Assembly (NCBI GenBank): GCA_963666515.2
Contig: OY762897.2
Span: forward strand, 3,040,001 to 3,104,000
From: Candidatus Binatia bacterium
GTDB taxonomy: Bacteria; Desulfobacterota; Binatia; UBA9968; JAJDTQ01
Direction: 5' to 3'
Length of the DNA stretch: 64,000 bases
The translations under genes were made by a program, and so were the position numbers. Positions 8,738-17,482 of this stretch are shown piece by piece; the stretch's first letter is position 1, and each line of letters opens with the position of its first letter. The notes beneath the pieces are model-generated. The model saw only the letters and a list, made by a program, of their open reading frames with translations. It searched no databases and had not been told where the DNA came from.

Positions 8738-9697
8738 CTATCCGCTCTGCCCCGGCTCCTGGTTGCCGCGCCTCGCGGTGTGGCCCAGCACCGTGGTGGC
8801 GGCGCCGATCATGGAGGTGAGGTCGCTCAGGTTGGCGGGGACGATGAGGGTGTTGCCTTCCTTGGCGAGGTTGCCGAAGCGCTCCAGGTAGTTCTCGGCG
8901 ACGCGAAGCTGCATGGCCTTGTCACCGCCTTCCGAGTCCAGCGCCTCCGCCACCTTCTTGAGCCCTTCGGCGGTCGCTCCGGCCACCGCGAGAATGGCCG
9001 CGGCCTCGCCTTCGGCCTCGTTGATCTGCCGCTGCTTGGCGGCCTCCGAAGCCTTGATGACCTGCTGCTTCTCGCCTTCGGCCTCGTTGATCTTGGCGTC
9101 GCGTTCGCCCTCGGACGACAGCACGGTGGCGCGCTTCTCCCGCTCCGCCCGCATCTGTTTCTCCATGGCCGACAACACGTCCGACGGCGGATTGATGTTC
9201 TTGATCTCGTAGCGCAGCACCTTGACGCCCCACGGATCGGACGCCTTGTCCAACTCCTCGACGACGCTCTGGTTGATGTGGCCTCGCTCCTCGAAGGTCC
9301 GGTCCAGCTCGATCTTGCCGATCTCGCTGCGCAGCGTGGTCTGGGCGAGCTGGGAGATGGCGAACACGTAGTTGCCGATGCCGTAGGACGCCCTTTCCGG
9401 GTCCACCACCTGGAGGTAAAGCACGCCGTCCACCCCCACCTGGACGTTGTCCGAGGTGATGCAGACCTGTTCCTCGATGTCCATGGCGTGCTCCTTGAGG
9501 CTGTGCCGGTAGGCCACCCGCTCCAGGAACGGCACCAGGATGTTGAATCCCGGCTTGAGCGTGCGCGAGTACTTGCCGAGGTTCTCGATGACGTAGGCGT
9601 TCTGCTGAGGCACCACCACTGCGGTCTTGATGAGAACGATGAGCACGACGAGGGCGATGACGCCCGCGGTGATCAGGAAACCCAGATTCGCATCCAT
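8738..9697 (-). CDS. SPFH/stomatin (QmcA/paraslipin-like) membrane protein
   Basis: N-terminal TM helix; ITSDNVQVGVDG, QLAQTTLRSEIG, WGVKVLRYEIKNI and QMRAEREKRA motifs. Confidence 0.93.
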   Translation of the reverse strand: MDANLGFLITAGVIALVVLIVLIKTAVVVPQQNAYVIENLGKYSRTLKPGFNILVPFLERVAYRHSLKEHAMDIEEQVCITSDNVQVGVDGVLYLQVVDPERASYGIGNYVFAISQLAQTTLRSEIGKIELDRTFEERGHINQSVVEELDKASDPWGVKVLRYEIKNINPPSDVLSAMEKQMRAEREKRATVLSSEGERDAKINEAEGEKQQVIKASEAAKQRQINEAEGEAAAILAVAGATAEGLKKVAEALDSEGGDKAMQLRVAENYLERFGNLAKEGNTLIVPANLSDLTSMIGAATTVLGHTARRGNQEPGQSG

Positions 9698-10165
9698 TTA
9701 CTTGCCCCTTTCGGATTCGTTCACGATGTCGTCCGCCAAGCCCTCAATGGAAAGGTTCACGCTGTCCCGTCCCACCACCCGCGCACGGGCGCCCGCGGTG
9801 ATCGGCGCCGTGCCCACGTTGACCGCGGTCCATTGCGTCCCTTGCAGGATGACCCGGGTCTCTCCGCCGCGCGGCACGTCTTCACCGACCGATACGATCC
9901 GTCCGGCCACCTTGTACTCGAAACCCGGGAGCCCGCCGCGAATCCGGTCGTAGAGCCTCCCCCGGAACAGCACCATGGACGCGACCGCGAGAACCGCGAA
10001 GGCCAACAATTGACCCCACACGGGCAGCTCCACTCCAGCCAGCCCGATGATCCCCACGCAGACCGCGGCGGCGCCGACGAAGATAAGATAGAACGCGGCG
10101 TCGACCGCGGTCAGCTCCAGCCCCATCAAGATGATACCGATGCTCACCCAACCCCACCAAGGCAT
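9698..10165 (-). CDS. NfeD family protein (YbbJ-like)
   Basis: Three hydrophobic helices plus a C-terminal OB-like domain (GTQWTA); adjacent to SPFH, the canonical pair. Confidence 0.9.
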   Translation of the reverse strand: MPWWGWVSIGIILMGLELTAVDAAFYLIFVGAAAVCVGIIGLAGVELPVWGQLLAFAVLAVASMVLFRGRLYDRIRGGLPGFEYKVAGRIVSVGEDVPRGGETRVILQGTQWTAVNVGTAPITAGARARVVGRDSVNLSIEGLADDIVNESERGK

Positions 10166-10315
10166 GCCCCTGCTCCTTCAACTTTGGACCGCCGGCTTCC
10201 TCACCGGTTGCTTCAATGACCCGCCATGACGGTTTCCGCCGGTATTGGTTTACCCGGCCGGTACGAGTATGCTGAATTACACGGGCTGGATCAATCCCGC
10301 CAAGGAGGTGCCGCC

Positions 10316-11086
10316 GTGACCTCGCCGGATCAATTCATCGTCGAACTGTGGGAGTACGCAAACCAGGTGCCAATGGTGGAGCACCCCTGGTTCAAGGGCA
10401 TCGTCGACCACCGCTGGAGCCGGGAACAGATCGTCCTGGGCGAGGTGCAGCACTATCTCCGGGTGCGCACCAACCCCATCTACTTCGGCTACATGGCGGT
10501 CAACGCGGTGGCGAACCGGGAACAGGGGCTGGCGGACGTGGTGCTGGAGAACTTCATGGAAGAGCTGTCGGGCGACCGCAGCCACGTGGACATCATGTAC
10601 CAGTTTCTGGAAGAAGCCGGGATCTCGCGCGAGGATGCGGACAATGCCGAGCCCACGCCCGGCACGCTGGCGGCCATCGAGATGATCATCGGCTGCTGCC
10701 AGCGAAGGTCGGCGCTGGAAGGCGTGGCCATGCTCGCCTTCGTCGAGAGCCAGCACGGCGGGCCCGACGGCGCGGCCGCGCGGGTCTACAAGGAACTGGT
10801 GGGGCACTACGGCTTCTCGGAACGGCAGGTGGAAACGTACCGCATTCACGCGGAACAGGACGTGGGCCACGGCTCCCGGCAGATCGACACCCTCCGCCGG
10901 GCCGCCGCCGATCCCGAAACCCGCGAAAAGATCCGCGGCGCCGTGAAGCTCGGCATCACCGCCTTCACCCTGGAGTGGGACGGCCACGTGCAGGCCATGA
11001 CCGGCCGGCGGGACTTCTGGCCCGGGGTCCGGCCCTTCGACCCGCGTCAGGCCGAGACGAGCCTGCCGGAGACGCGGCAGGCGTAA
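10316..11086 (+). CDS. TenA/PqqC/CADD-like heme-oxygenase-fold di-iron enzyme
   Basis: HPWF, ENFMEE...SH, VESQ and IHAEQDVGH iron-ligand pattern; AAGGAGG RBS before GTG 10316. Confidence 0.8.
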   Translation: MTSPDQFIVELWEYANQVPMVEHPWFKGIVDHRWSREQIVLGEVQHYLRVRTNPIYFGYMAVNAVANREQGLADVVLENFMEELSGDRSHVDIMYQFLEEAGISREDADNAEPTPGTLAAIEMIIGCCQRRSALEGVAMLAFVESQHGGPDGAAARVYKELVGHYGFSERQVETYRIHAEQDVGHGSRQIDTLRRAAADPETREKIRGAVKLGITAFTLEWDGHVQAMTGRRDFWPGVRPFDPRQAETSLPETRQA

Positions 11087-11160
11087 GAAGCCCGCACCCC
11101 GGCGCCGGGGCAACGATGGCGCCCGACGTGACGGTGCGATCGTCCGGCCGGGGGCCGTCT

Positions 11161-11206
11161 GCATACCCGGCAATGAACCCCGCAGGGGCGACCCACGATC
11201 GCCCTA
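11161..11206. repeat. GTAG-family REP-like element (degenerate copy)
   Basis: catacccggcaatgaaccccgcaggggcgacccacgatcgccct closely matches 28518-28563. Confidence 0.7.
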
Positions 11207-11419
11207 GAACGGCCAGTCGTCCGGCAGCGGCGCGCGCAGCTTCTGGTACTCGGGGTCCTCGCCGCAGGTCTCACCGACGCGTTTCAGCGTCGCGACGAGG
11301 TCGTCGAGTTCCATGTCAAGGGTGTTGGAGACCATACCCGCGGTCTCTTCGAAGCCGAGGCCTCAATTGCCGTATCAGCCACCCATGCGCTTGAAGATGT
11401 ACTTCTCCCGTTCGGTCAT
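11204..11419 (-). CDS. Putative 71-aa double-selenocysteine microprotein (U15, U19)
   Basis: Manual read: GGAGGA RBS, then MTEREKYIFKRMGG*YGN*GLGFEETAGMVSNTLDMELDDLVATLKRVGETCGEDPEYQKLRAPLPDDWPF-TAG. Both internal stops are TGA (11375-77, 11363-65). A SECIS-like hairpin follows. Confidence 0.72.
11328..11347 (-). promoter_or_regulatory. Candidate bacterial SECIS hairpin
   Basis: mRNA GAGACC-GCGGGUAU-GGUCUC: a 6-bp stem with a G-initiated loop 21 nt after the second UGA and 33 nt after the first. Confidence 0.6.
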
Positions 11420-11474
11420 GCTTTCCTCCGGGCACTTACCAAGTGCGTTCGAGCGTCATTTTTGACGTCAACCG

Positions 11475-11897
11475 TCAGGCCATCGACGCCTTCTCTCGAC
11501 TTCCGGGCTCTGAGAACCCCACACGCTGAACCGTCACGAGTTCCGTGGTCGCCGCGGGCGACCCGTCCGCCCCGAAACGCACGGTCATGCGCACCAGGAT
11601 CCGCCAATGGATCTTCCGCCATTCGACGGTGGAGATCAAGAAGGTATTCTCCACTACCTCGCCGGCCCGGCCACGGCAGGCAACCACGGCCTCCAGGTCC
11701 GTGCTGGCGGACGGCGCGACTCGGACGTCCGCAAGCTCCCGCAGGCCGCTACGGAACCGCCCGTGCGGGAACCGCGCGTCCAGAAACCGCATGTCGGATG
11801 CGGTGAGGTTGTCGATGCGCCAGGCCACGCGCCAATCCTCGCCGCACCGGACGCAGGATATCTGCGTCGCCCGGACCCGCGGCTCTTCCACTTTCAA
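11475..11897 (-). CDS. Hypothetical protein coupled to UbiD
   Basis: TTG start overlaps the UbiD stop (TTGA) with GGAGG upstream; beta-rich sequence (FPHGRFRS). Confidence 0.65.
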   Translation of the reverse strand: MKVEEPRVRATQISCVRCGEDWRVAWRIDNLTASDMRFLDARFPHGRFRSGLRELADVRVAPSASTDLEAVVACRGRAGEVVENTFLISTVEWRKIHWRILVRMTVRFGADGSPAATTELVTVQRVGFSEPGSREKASMA

Positions 11898-13258
11898 TCC
11901 TCCGCGCGCTTCGGACGGTACTCGGCCGCGGCGATGCGGTCGGGGAACTCGATGTCCTCGTTACGGCAGGCGTCGATGATGAGCTTCGAGCCCCAGTCCT
12001 TGCCCGGATGCACCGGATCCAGACGGCTGCCCTTGACGCGGTCGATGATGGAGATGTCGGTGGCGGCGTCCACCCGGGTGGCAACGGCCCACAGCACCTC
12101 TTCCTCGTCGTACACATCGATGTCGGCGTCCACGACGACGACGTGCTTCAGCAACTCCGAGCCCGTGAACGCGGCCATGGCCGCCAGCTTGGCTTCGCCC
12201 TCGCAACGCTTGTCGATGCTGATGTAGCAGTGGAAACGGCCGGCGCCGCTCAGGGGCAGGCACACCGAACGCACCGTGGGCACCACCGCCTGGACCTTGC
12301 GGTAGATGCTGCCTTCCTTGGGCACGGCGCCCAGCAGGCGGTGGTCCCGGTGGCCCGCCAGGATGTCCATGCACCAGGCGTCGCGGCGGTGGGTGATGGC
12401 GGTGACCTCCACCACCGGCGATTCCCCCGCGGGACCGTACAGACCGGTGAAGTCTCCGAAGGGTCCCTCCACCTCCCGCTGGTGCGGCAGCACCCAGCCC
12501 TCGATGACCATCTCGGCGTCCGCGGGCACCAGCAATTCGTCGCCGAAGGTCTCGGACGGCACCAGCCGCAACGGCTCGCCCATCAACCCGCCGATGCTCT
12601 CGTACTCGTCGTCGGCGATGCCGTTCAGGATGCAGTTGCCGAGGTAGTAGGCCGGATGGTGGCCGACGACGCAGGCCACCGGCAGCGCCTCGCCGCGCTC
12701 CTCCGCGCGCATGAAGTAGTCCCAGAGATGCCGGCGCTCGAAGAACATGACGAGGTGGTTGGGGTCGCGCACGTAGCACCGGTGGAACGAGGAGTTGTAG
12801 ACGCCGGTGTCCGGGTCCCTGGCGCACCAGGTCATGGTCAGGTAGGGGCCGAGATCAGCCACGTGATGGGTCAGCACCGGCAGAAAGTGTAGGTTAGGGT
12901 CCATCCTGACCTGCTTGACCGGCGCGTCCGCGGCGTCCACCACCACGGGTTTTTCCCGCCGCGCCTCCCGGGCCTGGAACTCCAGCATCAGCTCCCGCCC
13001 GGCCTGCTCCGGCGGCAGGTCGAGCGCCACCGCGCAGGCCGCGCGCGACGCGAACACGTTCATCAGCAGAGGGAACTCCGAGGGCTCGCCGCTCAGGTTG
13101 TCGATGTTGGAGAAGAGCACCAGCGGCTCCTGTTTCCGCTTCTCCAGGTCGGCGATCATGGCGCACACTTCCAGGTTGATGTCGTGCTTGTCCGTGACCT
13201 CCAGCAGGCGCTCGGGGGCAAGGCGCCTGACGGACTCGACGTAGCTTCTCAGGTCCAT
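11894..13258 (-). CDS. UbiD-family (prFMN-dependent) decarboxylase
   Basis: MDLRSYVE start; YNSSFHR, VPADAEMVIEG, EGPFGDFTG, KHVVVVDADID and WAVATR motifs. The ORF-track upstream extension is REP-derived. Confidence 0.93.
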   Translation of the reverse strand: MDLRSYVESVRRLAPERLLEVTDKHDINLEVCAMIADLEKRKQEPLVLFSNIDNLSGEPSEFPLLMNVFASRAACAVALDLPPEQAGRELMLEFQAREARREKPVVVDAADAPVKQVRMDPNLHFLPVLTHHVADLGPYLTMTWCARDPDTGVYNSSFHRCYVRDPNHLVMFFERRHLWDYFMRAEERGEALPVACVVGHHPAYYLGNCILNGIADDEYESIGGLMGEPLRLVPSETFGDELLVPADAEMVIEGWVLPHQREVEGPFGDFTGLYGPAGESPVVEVTAITHRRDAWCMDILAGHRDHRLLGAVPKEGSIYRKVQAVVPTVRSVCLPLSGAGRFHCYISIDKRCEGEAKLAAMAAFTGSELLKHVVVVDADIDVYDEEEVLWAVATRVDAATDISIIDRVKGSRLDPVHPGKDWGSKLIIDACRNEDIEFPDRIAAAEYRPKRAED

Positions 13259-13331
13259 CGCCAGAGTGTACGGTCCGGCAACGTGCCCGTCAACGTCGAG
13301 CGGGCGAGGACCGGATTCCGGCGCCCCTTCT

Positions 13332-13415
13332 CTGGACCCCGGATCAAGTCCGGGGTGACGGTGCGGGAGTTCGGGGTGACGCTTTCCGTCATTCCGGGCT
13401 TGACCCGGAATCCAG
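13332..13415. repeat. Pair of CGTC-family REP palindromes in inverted orientation
   Basis: ctggaccccggatcaagtccggggtgacg ... cgtcattccgggcttgacccggaatccag; the same units recur at 27182 and 35451-35519. Confidence 0.85.
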
Positions 13416-13504
13416 GTGGGGCGGTCCGTTGCAATCGCTCCAGGAAAGGAACAGTCTTGAGTTTCGCCCCTCCATCCGACCAGAGGGATTAGAGCTTCGG
13501 CCCC

Positions 13505-14473
13505 ATGAGCACGACCACTAACGATCGGAACCACACGATCCACCTGACCGTCCCGCAAATGCTCCACGGTAAACGGCTGGATGCTACCCTCGCCGCACTG
13601 TTGCCCGACTACTCACGATCGAGGCTCCAGCGGCTGGTCCGGGAGGGGTACGTCCGGATCGACGGCCGTGCGCCGGAGTGCTCCGACAAGGTCGCGGCCG
13701 GAGCCTCTATTGAGCTGGAGTTGCCGGAGCCCGCCGAGGTCTCCTGGAAGGCGCAGCCCATCCCGCTTGAAATCATCCATGAAGACGAAGCCCTGCTGGT
13801 GATCAACAAGCCACCGGGCATGGTGGTCCATCCCGGCGCGGGCAATCCCGAGGGCACGCTGCTGAACGCGGTCATGCACCACGCGCCGGCGCTCGAGGCC
13901 GTCCCCAGGGCCGGCATCGTCCACCGGCTCGACAAGGACACATCGGGCCTGCTGGTGGTGGCCAAGACCGATGTCGTGCGGCTTAGGCTGGTGCGGGAGC
14001 TGCAGGCGCGGCGCATCAAGCGGGAATACCTGGCGCTGGTGCGCGGCGTCCTCCGCGCCGGCGGCTCCGTCACCGCCCCCATCGGACGGCACCCGGTTCA
14101 CCGCACCCGCATGTCGGTGCAACGGCGCGGCAAGGAGGCCACCAGCCACTACAGCGTGAAGGCGGCGTACCGGAACCACACCATGCTGAGGGTCCGGCTG
14201 GAATCCGGACGCACCCACCAGATCCGGGTGCACATGGCGCATATCGGACACCCCGTGGTGGGCGATCCGGTGTACGGCGGCCGGAGCGCCGCCGGCAAGG
14301 GTCAGGGGACAAGGCTCACGGAGTCGTTGCGCGGCTTCCGGCGTCAGGCGCTGCACGCCGAGCGGCTGGGGCTGAGCCACCCCGAGACCGGCGAGTCCAT
14401 GAAATGGACGGCGCCCATGCCTCCGGACATGCGGGCGCTCGTGGAGGCGCTCGCGGAAGACGCGCGTTCATGA
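13505..14473 (+). CDS. rluD: 23S rRNA pseudouridine synthase RluD
   Basis: S4 domain (RLDATLA..YSRSRLQ), NKPPGMVVHPGAG, GIVHRLDKDTSG, GRTHQIRVH and RQALHA motifs. Confidence 0.92.
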   Translation: MSTTTNDRNHTIHLTVPQMLHGKRLDATLAALLPDYSRSRLQRLVREGYVRIDGRAPECSDKVAAGASIELELPEPAEVSWKAQPIPLEIIHEDEALLVINKPPGMVVHPGAGNPEGTLLNAVMHHAPALEAVPRAGIVHRLDKDTSGLLVVAKTDVVRLRLVRELQARRIKREYLALVRGVLRAGGSVTAPIGRHPVHRTRMSVQRRGKEATSHYSVKAAYRNHTMLRVRLESGRTHQIRVHMAHIGHPVVGDPVYGGRSAAGKGQGTRLTESLRGFRRQALHAERLGLSHPETGESMKWTAPMPPDMRALVEALAEDARS

Positions 14474-14614
14474 CGCCGTGGCTTCGGCGACGTCTCGATT
14501 TGGAGACATGACCCGGGTTCCCTTATTCCGTCTTTTGGTAGTAGTTTAGGGGTAGTAGAATCGTGCGACTCGGACGGGCCGCCCGGCAACCCCACAAAGC
14601 AAAGGAGTCCATCA

Positions 14615-15319
14615 ATGGGTCAACCAGTCAGCGCCTACAACTACGAAACCTTCAACCGATCGGAGAGTTCGGCCAAGGCGGGTGAGTTCGCTGCGCGCCT
14701 GCGTGCGGGCGAGGAGGCGCCCGACTTCAGCCTCCCCACCCTTGACGGCGAGACGGTCCGGCTCTCCGGGTTCAAGGGCAGCAAGCACGTGCTGCTGGAG
14801 TTCGGAAGCATCACCTGACCGCCGTTCGTGGGCGAGGTCTCGCCCCTGAACGAGATGTACCGGACCTATCGGGACAAGGGCTTCGAGTTCCTGACCATCT
14901 ACGTGCGCGAGCCCCATCCGGGAGAGCACTACGGCCCGCACAAGGATTTCGAGCAGAAGGTGGAATACGCCCGCCATTGCCGGGACCAGGACGGCATCGA
15001 GAACCCGCTGCTCGTGGACGACCTCGACGGCACCGTGCACCAGCTCTACGGCGTGCTCCCCAACATGGTCTACATCGTCAGCAAGGAAGGCCGCATCGTC
15101 TACAAGGCCATGTGGACCGACCACGACGAGATCCGGGTGGTGCTGGACAACCTGGTCATGGCCGACGAACTGCGCGCCGAGGGCGTGCGCCTGAAGCCGT
15201 CCCTCACCGAGAAGATCAACTTCATCCCCGCCCAGTACGCCGGCGGCGTCCGCGAGAAGGTCTTCGACCGGGCGGGACCGAAGGCCTGGGAGGACTACCG
15301 GAGCACCTTCGGGGAGTAG
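14615..15319 (+). CDS. Deiodinase-like thioredoxin-fold selenoprotein (Sec68)
   Basis: ORFs 14615..14818 and 14828..15319 are in frame across TGA 14816-18, giving LLEFGSIT-U-PPF..IYVREPHP, the iodothyronine-deiodinase-type FGSxTUPPF motif. AAGGAG RBS. Confidence 0.9.
14824..14851 (+). promoter_or_regulatory. Bacterial SECIS element
   Basis: GGGCGA-GGUC-UCGCCC apical hairpin with its loop 17 nt after the UGA, and a lower GUUC/GAAC stem. Confidence 0.8.
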
Positions 15320-15335
15320 CGACCGCATCTACGAC

Positions 15336-16088
15336 ATGACCGATCCGCTGACGGTGGCCGCGGTGTTCGCGGTCTTCCTGGTGGCGGGAGGGATCAAGGG
15401 CTTGGTGGGCTTCGGCCTGCCCACCGTGAGCTTGGCCTTGCTGACCATGACCCTCGACCTGACGACGGCCATGGTCCTGCTGCTGGCGCCTTCCTTCGCC
15501 ACCAACGTCTGGCAGGCGCTGGCGGGCGGCAACGGCCGCGCCATCGTGACTCGAATCTGGCCGTTTCTCGCCACGGCGACGGCCACCGTGTGGCTGGGAG
15601 CGCTGGTGCTCGTGCGGGTGCACGTGGCATGGCTCTCTGGGCTGCTGGGCCTCCTGCTCGTCACCTACTCGGCGCTGAACCTCGGCGGCGTCCGTTTCGC
15701 GCTTTCAGCGCGGCAGGAGGCCTGGGCCGGTCCCGTGCTCGGCGCCGTCAACGGTGTCCTGACCGGCATGACCGGCACCTTCGTGTTTCCCGGCGTCCTG
15801 TTCCTTCAGGCCATCGGCCTGTCGCGCGACATGCTGGTCCAGGCCCTGGGAATGCTCTTCACCCTGTCCACCGCCGCCCTCGCCCTGGCGCTGTACGGCA
15901 ACGGGCTGCTGCACGTCTCCCTCGGCTCCCTGTCGGCCGCCGCTCTGGTTCCGGCGGCCATCGGCATGGGTCTCGGACAACGCATCCGCAAGCGCCTCTC
16001 CGAGGAAAGGTTTCGCCGGATCCTCTTCATCGCTCTGCTGCTGTTGGGCGTGTACATCGTCATCCGCTCGGTGCGGGCCTTGGCGTAG
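15336..16088 (+). CDS. TauE/SafE sulfite exporter family membrane protein
   Basis: AGGIKGLVGFG motif, multiple TM helices, C-terminal RLSEERFRR. Confidence 0.88.
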   Translation: MTDPLTVAAVFAVFLVAGGIKGLVGFGLPTVSLALLTMTLDLTTAMVLLLAPSFATNVWQALAGGNGRAIVTRIWPFLATATATVWLGALVLVRVHVAWLSGLLGLLLVTYSALNLGGVRFALSARQEAWAGPVLGAVNGVLTGMTGTFVFPGVLFLQAIGLSRDMLVQALGMLFTLSTAALALALYGNGLLHVSLGSLSAAALVPAAIGMGLGQRIRKRLSEERFRRILFIALLLLGVYIVIRSVRALA

Positions 16089-16181
16089 TCGGCAGGCGGG
16101 CGGTCCGGGCGTGCCGGCCGCGGTCGCTGATGGACGCAGGTAGAAAAAGGCCCAATCCAAGGAAGGCCTGTTGGACGGCTA

Positions 16182-16199
16182 TTGAGTAAAATTACTCAA
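16182..16199. promoter_or_regulatory. AT-rich palindrome upstream of the AAA ATPase
   Basis: TTGAGTAA-AA-TTACTCAA, a perfect 8-bp inverted repeat ending 17 nt before the ATG. Confidence 0.6.
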
Positions 16200-16216
16200 G
16201 AAGGTAAATTATCTTT

Positions 16217-17482
16217 ATGGGCCTGTTCGAACGCAGACAACTCGCCACTCTGATCGAACGCCTCAACGAGCCTCCGCGCCGTTTGATTTGGCTGACGGGA
16301 CCGCGGCAAGTCGGCAAGACCACCATGATCCGGCAGGCGCGGGACAGGCTCCGCCGCCCCTTTCACCTCGTTCCGGTGGACCAACCCGAGCCGGAGACCT
16401 CGTCGCGCGGCAGGATACTACCGCCTGACGATACCGCCGTAACCACTTTGCGCGAACCGTCCCAACGGGACATCCGATGGCTGGTGCGTGTGTGGGAGCA
16501 AGCCCGGCTGGAGGCGGACCGCTCGGAGCAGGGAAGCGTGCTGGCCCTCGACGAAATCCAGAAAATCCCGAACTGGTCCGAAGCGGTAAAGGGACTGTGG
16601 GACGCGGATCGCCACGAGCGGCGTCGCTTGCATGTGATCCTGTCAGGCTCTGCGCCGCTCCTGATGCAGAGTGGTCTGACCGAAAGCCTCGCCGGGCGCT
16701 TCGAGCCCATTCAACTCAGGCACTGGGCCTTTACGGAAATGTCCGAGGCGTTCGGGTTTGACCTTGGGAAATATGTGTACTTCGGGGGTTATCCGGGTGC
16801 TGCGAAATTCATCGGAGATCACGACCGCTGGCGCGGCTACGTATTGCGCGCGCTGATAGAGCCAAACATCGAGCGCGACATTCTGGCCATGCAAAGGGTC
16901 GACAAGCCCGCCTTGTTGAAGCGGTTGTTCGAGGTCAGTGCCGAGTCTTCCGGGCAGATTCTGGCCTACACCAAGATGCTGGGCCAACTCCAGGACGCGG
17001 GCAACACCACGACCTTGGCCCGATATCTCGACCTGCTGGAGAGGGTCGGGCTGGTGGCCGGGCTTCAGAACTACAGCGGCGGCATCGTGCGCCGCCGGGC
17101 CTCCAAACCGAAACTCAATGTGCTCAACACCGCCTTGATGTCAGCCCAGTCCAGCTATGACTTCAAGGATGCACAGGCAGACCGGACGTTCTGGGGACGT
17201 CTGGTCGAAAGCGCCGCAGGCGCGCATCTGTGGAACACGGCGACCGGGGGAGCCCGCCTGTGGTACTGGCGGCGAAACCCGGACGAGGTGGACTTCGTCC
17301 TGGAACGGGGACCACACTTGGTCGCCTTCGAGGTCAAGAGCCACGAGCGGCAGGCTGACCGCCGTGGGCTCGAAGAGTTCCGCAAGCAATTCCCCCGAGC
17401 GCGGACCGAGCTCGTAGGCGGCGACGGCGTGCCTTTGGCGGAGTTCTTTTCAACTCCGGCAAACGACTGGCTCAAGAACTAA
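16217..17482 (+). CDS. AAA_14/DUF4143-type ATP-binding protein
   Basis: TGPRQVGKTT Walker A, LDEIQK Walker B, ESLAGRFE, GGYPG and a C-terminal EVDFV..FEVKS nuclease-like tail. Confidence 0.9.
   Translation: MGLFERRQLATLIERLNEPPRRLIWLTGPRQVGKTTMIRQARDRLRRPFHLVPVDQPEPETSSRGRILPPDDTAVTTLREPSQRDIRWLVRVWEQARLEADRSEQGSVLALDEIQKIPNWSEAVKGLWDADRHERRRLHVILSGSAPLLMQSGLTESLAGRFEPIQLRHWAFTEMSEAFGFDLGKYVYFGGYPGAAKFIGDHDRWRGYVLRALIEPNIERDILAMQRVDKPALLKRLFEVSAESSGQILAYTKMLGQLQDAGNTTTLARYLDLLERVGLVAGLQNYSGGIVRRRASKPKLNVLNTALMSAQSSYDFKDAQADRTFWGRLVESAAGAHLWNTATGGARLWYWRRNPDEVDFVLERGPHLVAFEVKSHERQADRRGLEEFRKQFPRARTELVGGDGVPLAEFFSTPANDWLKN

Noticed and set aside
13259-13567. N-terminal extensions of UbiD, the SDRs, the amidohydrolase and DapA in the ORF track
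   Set aside because: They translate through REP palindromes (VIPGLTRNP, VIPAKAGIQ, WIPGQARND); better starts lie downstream.
13505-14473. rluD as a horizontally acquired gammaproteobacterial-type copy
   Set aside because: An impression from the sequence only; it needs a phylogeny, and no mobility signatures were seen.
14537-14558. GGTAGTAG direct repeat upstream of the deiodinase-like gene, and a similar GTAGT..GTAGT near 39745
   Set aside because: Short, with inconsistent spacing; cannot be distinguished from chance or ordinary promoter sequence.
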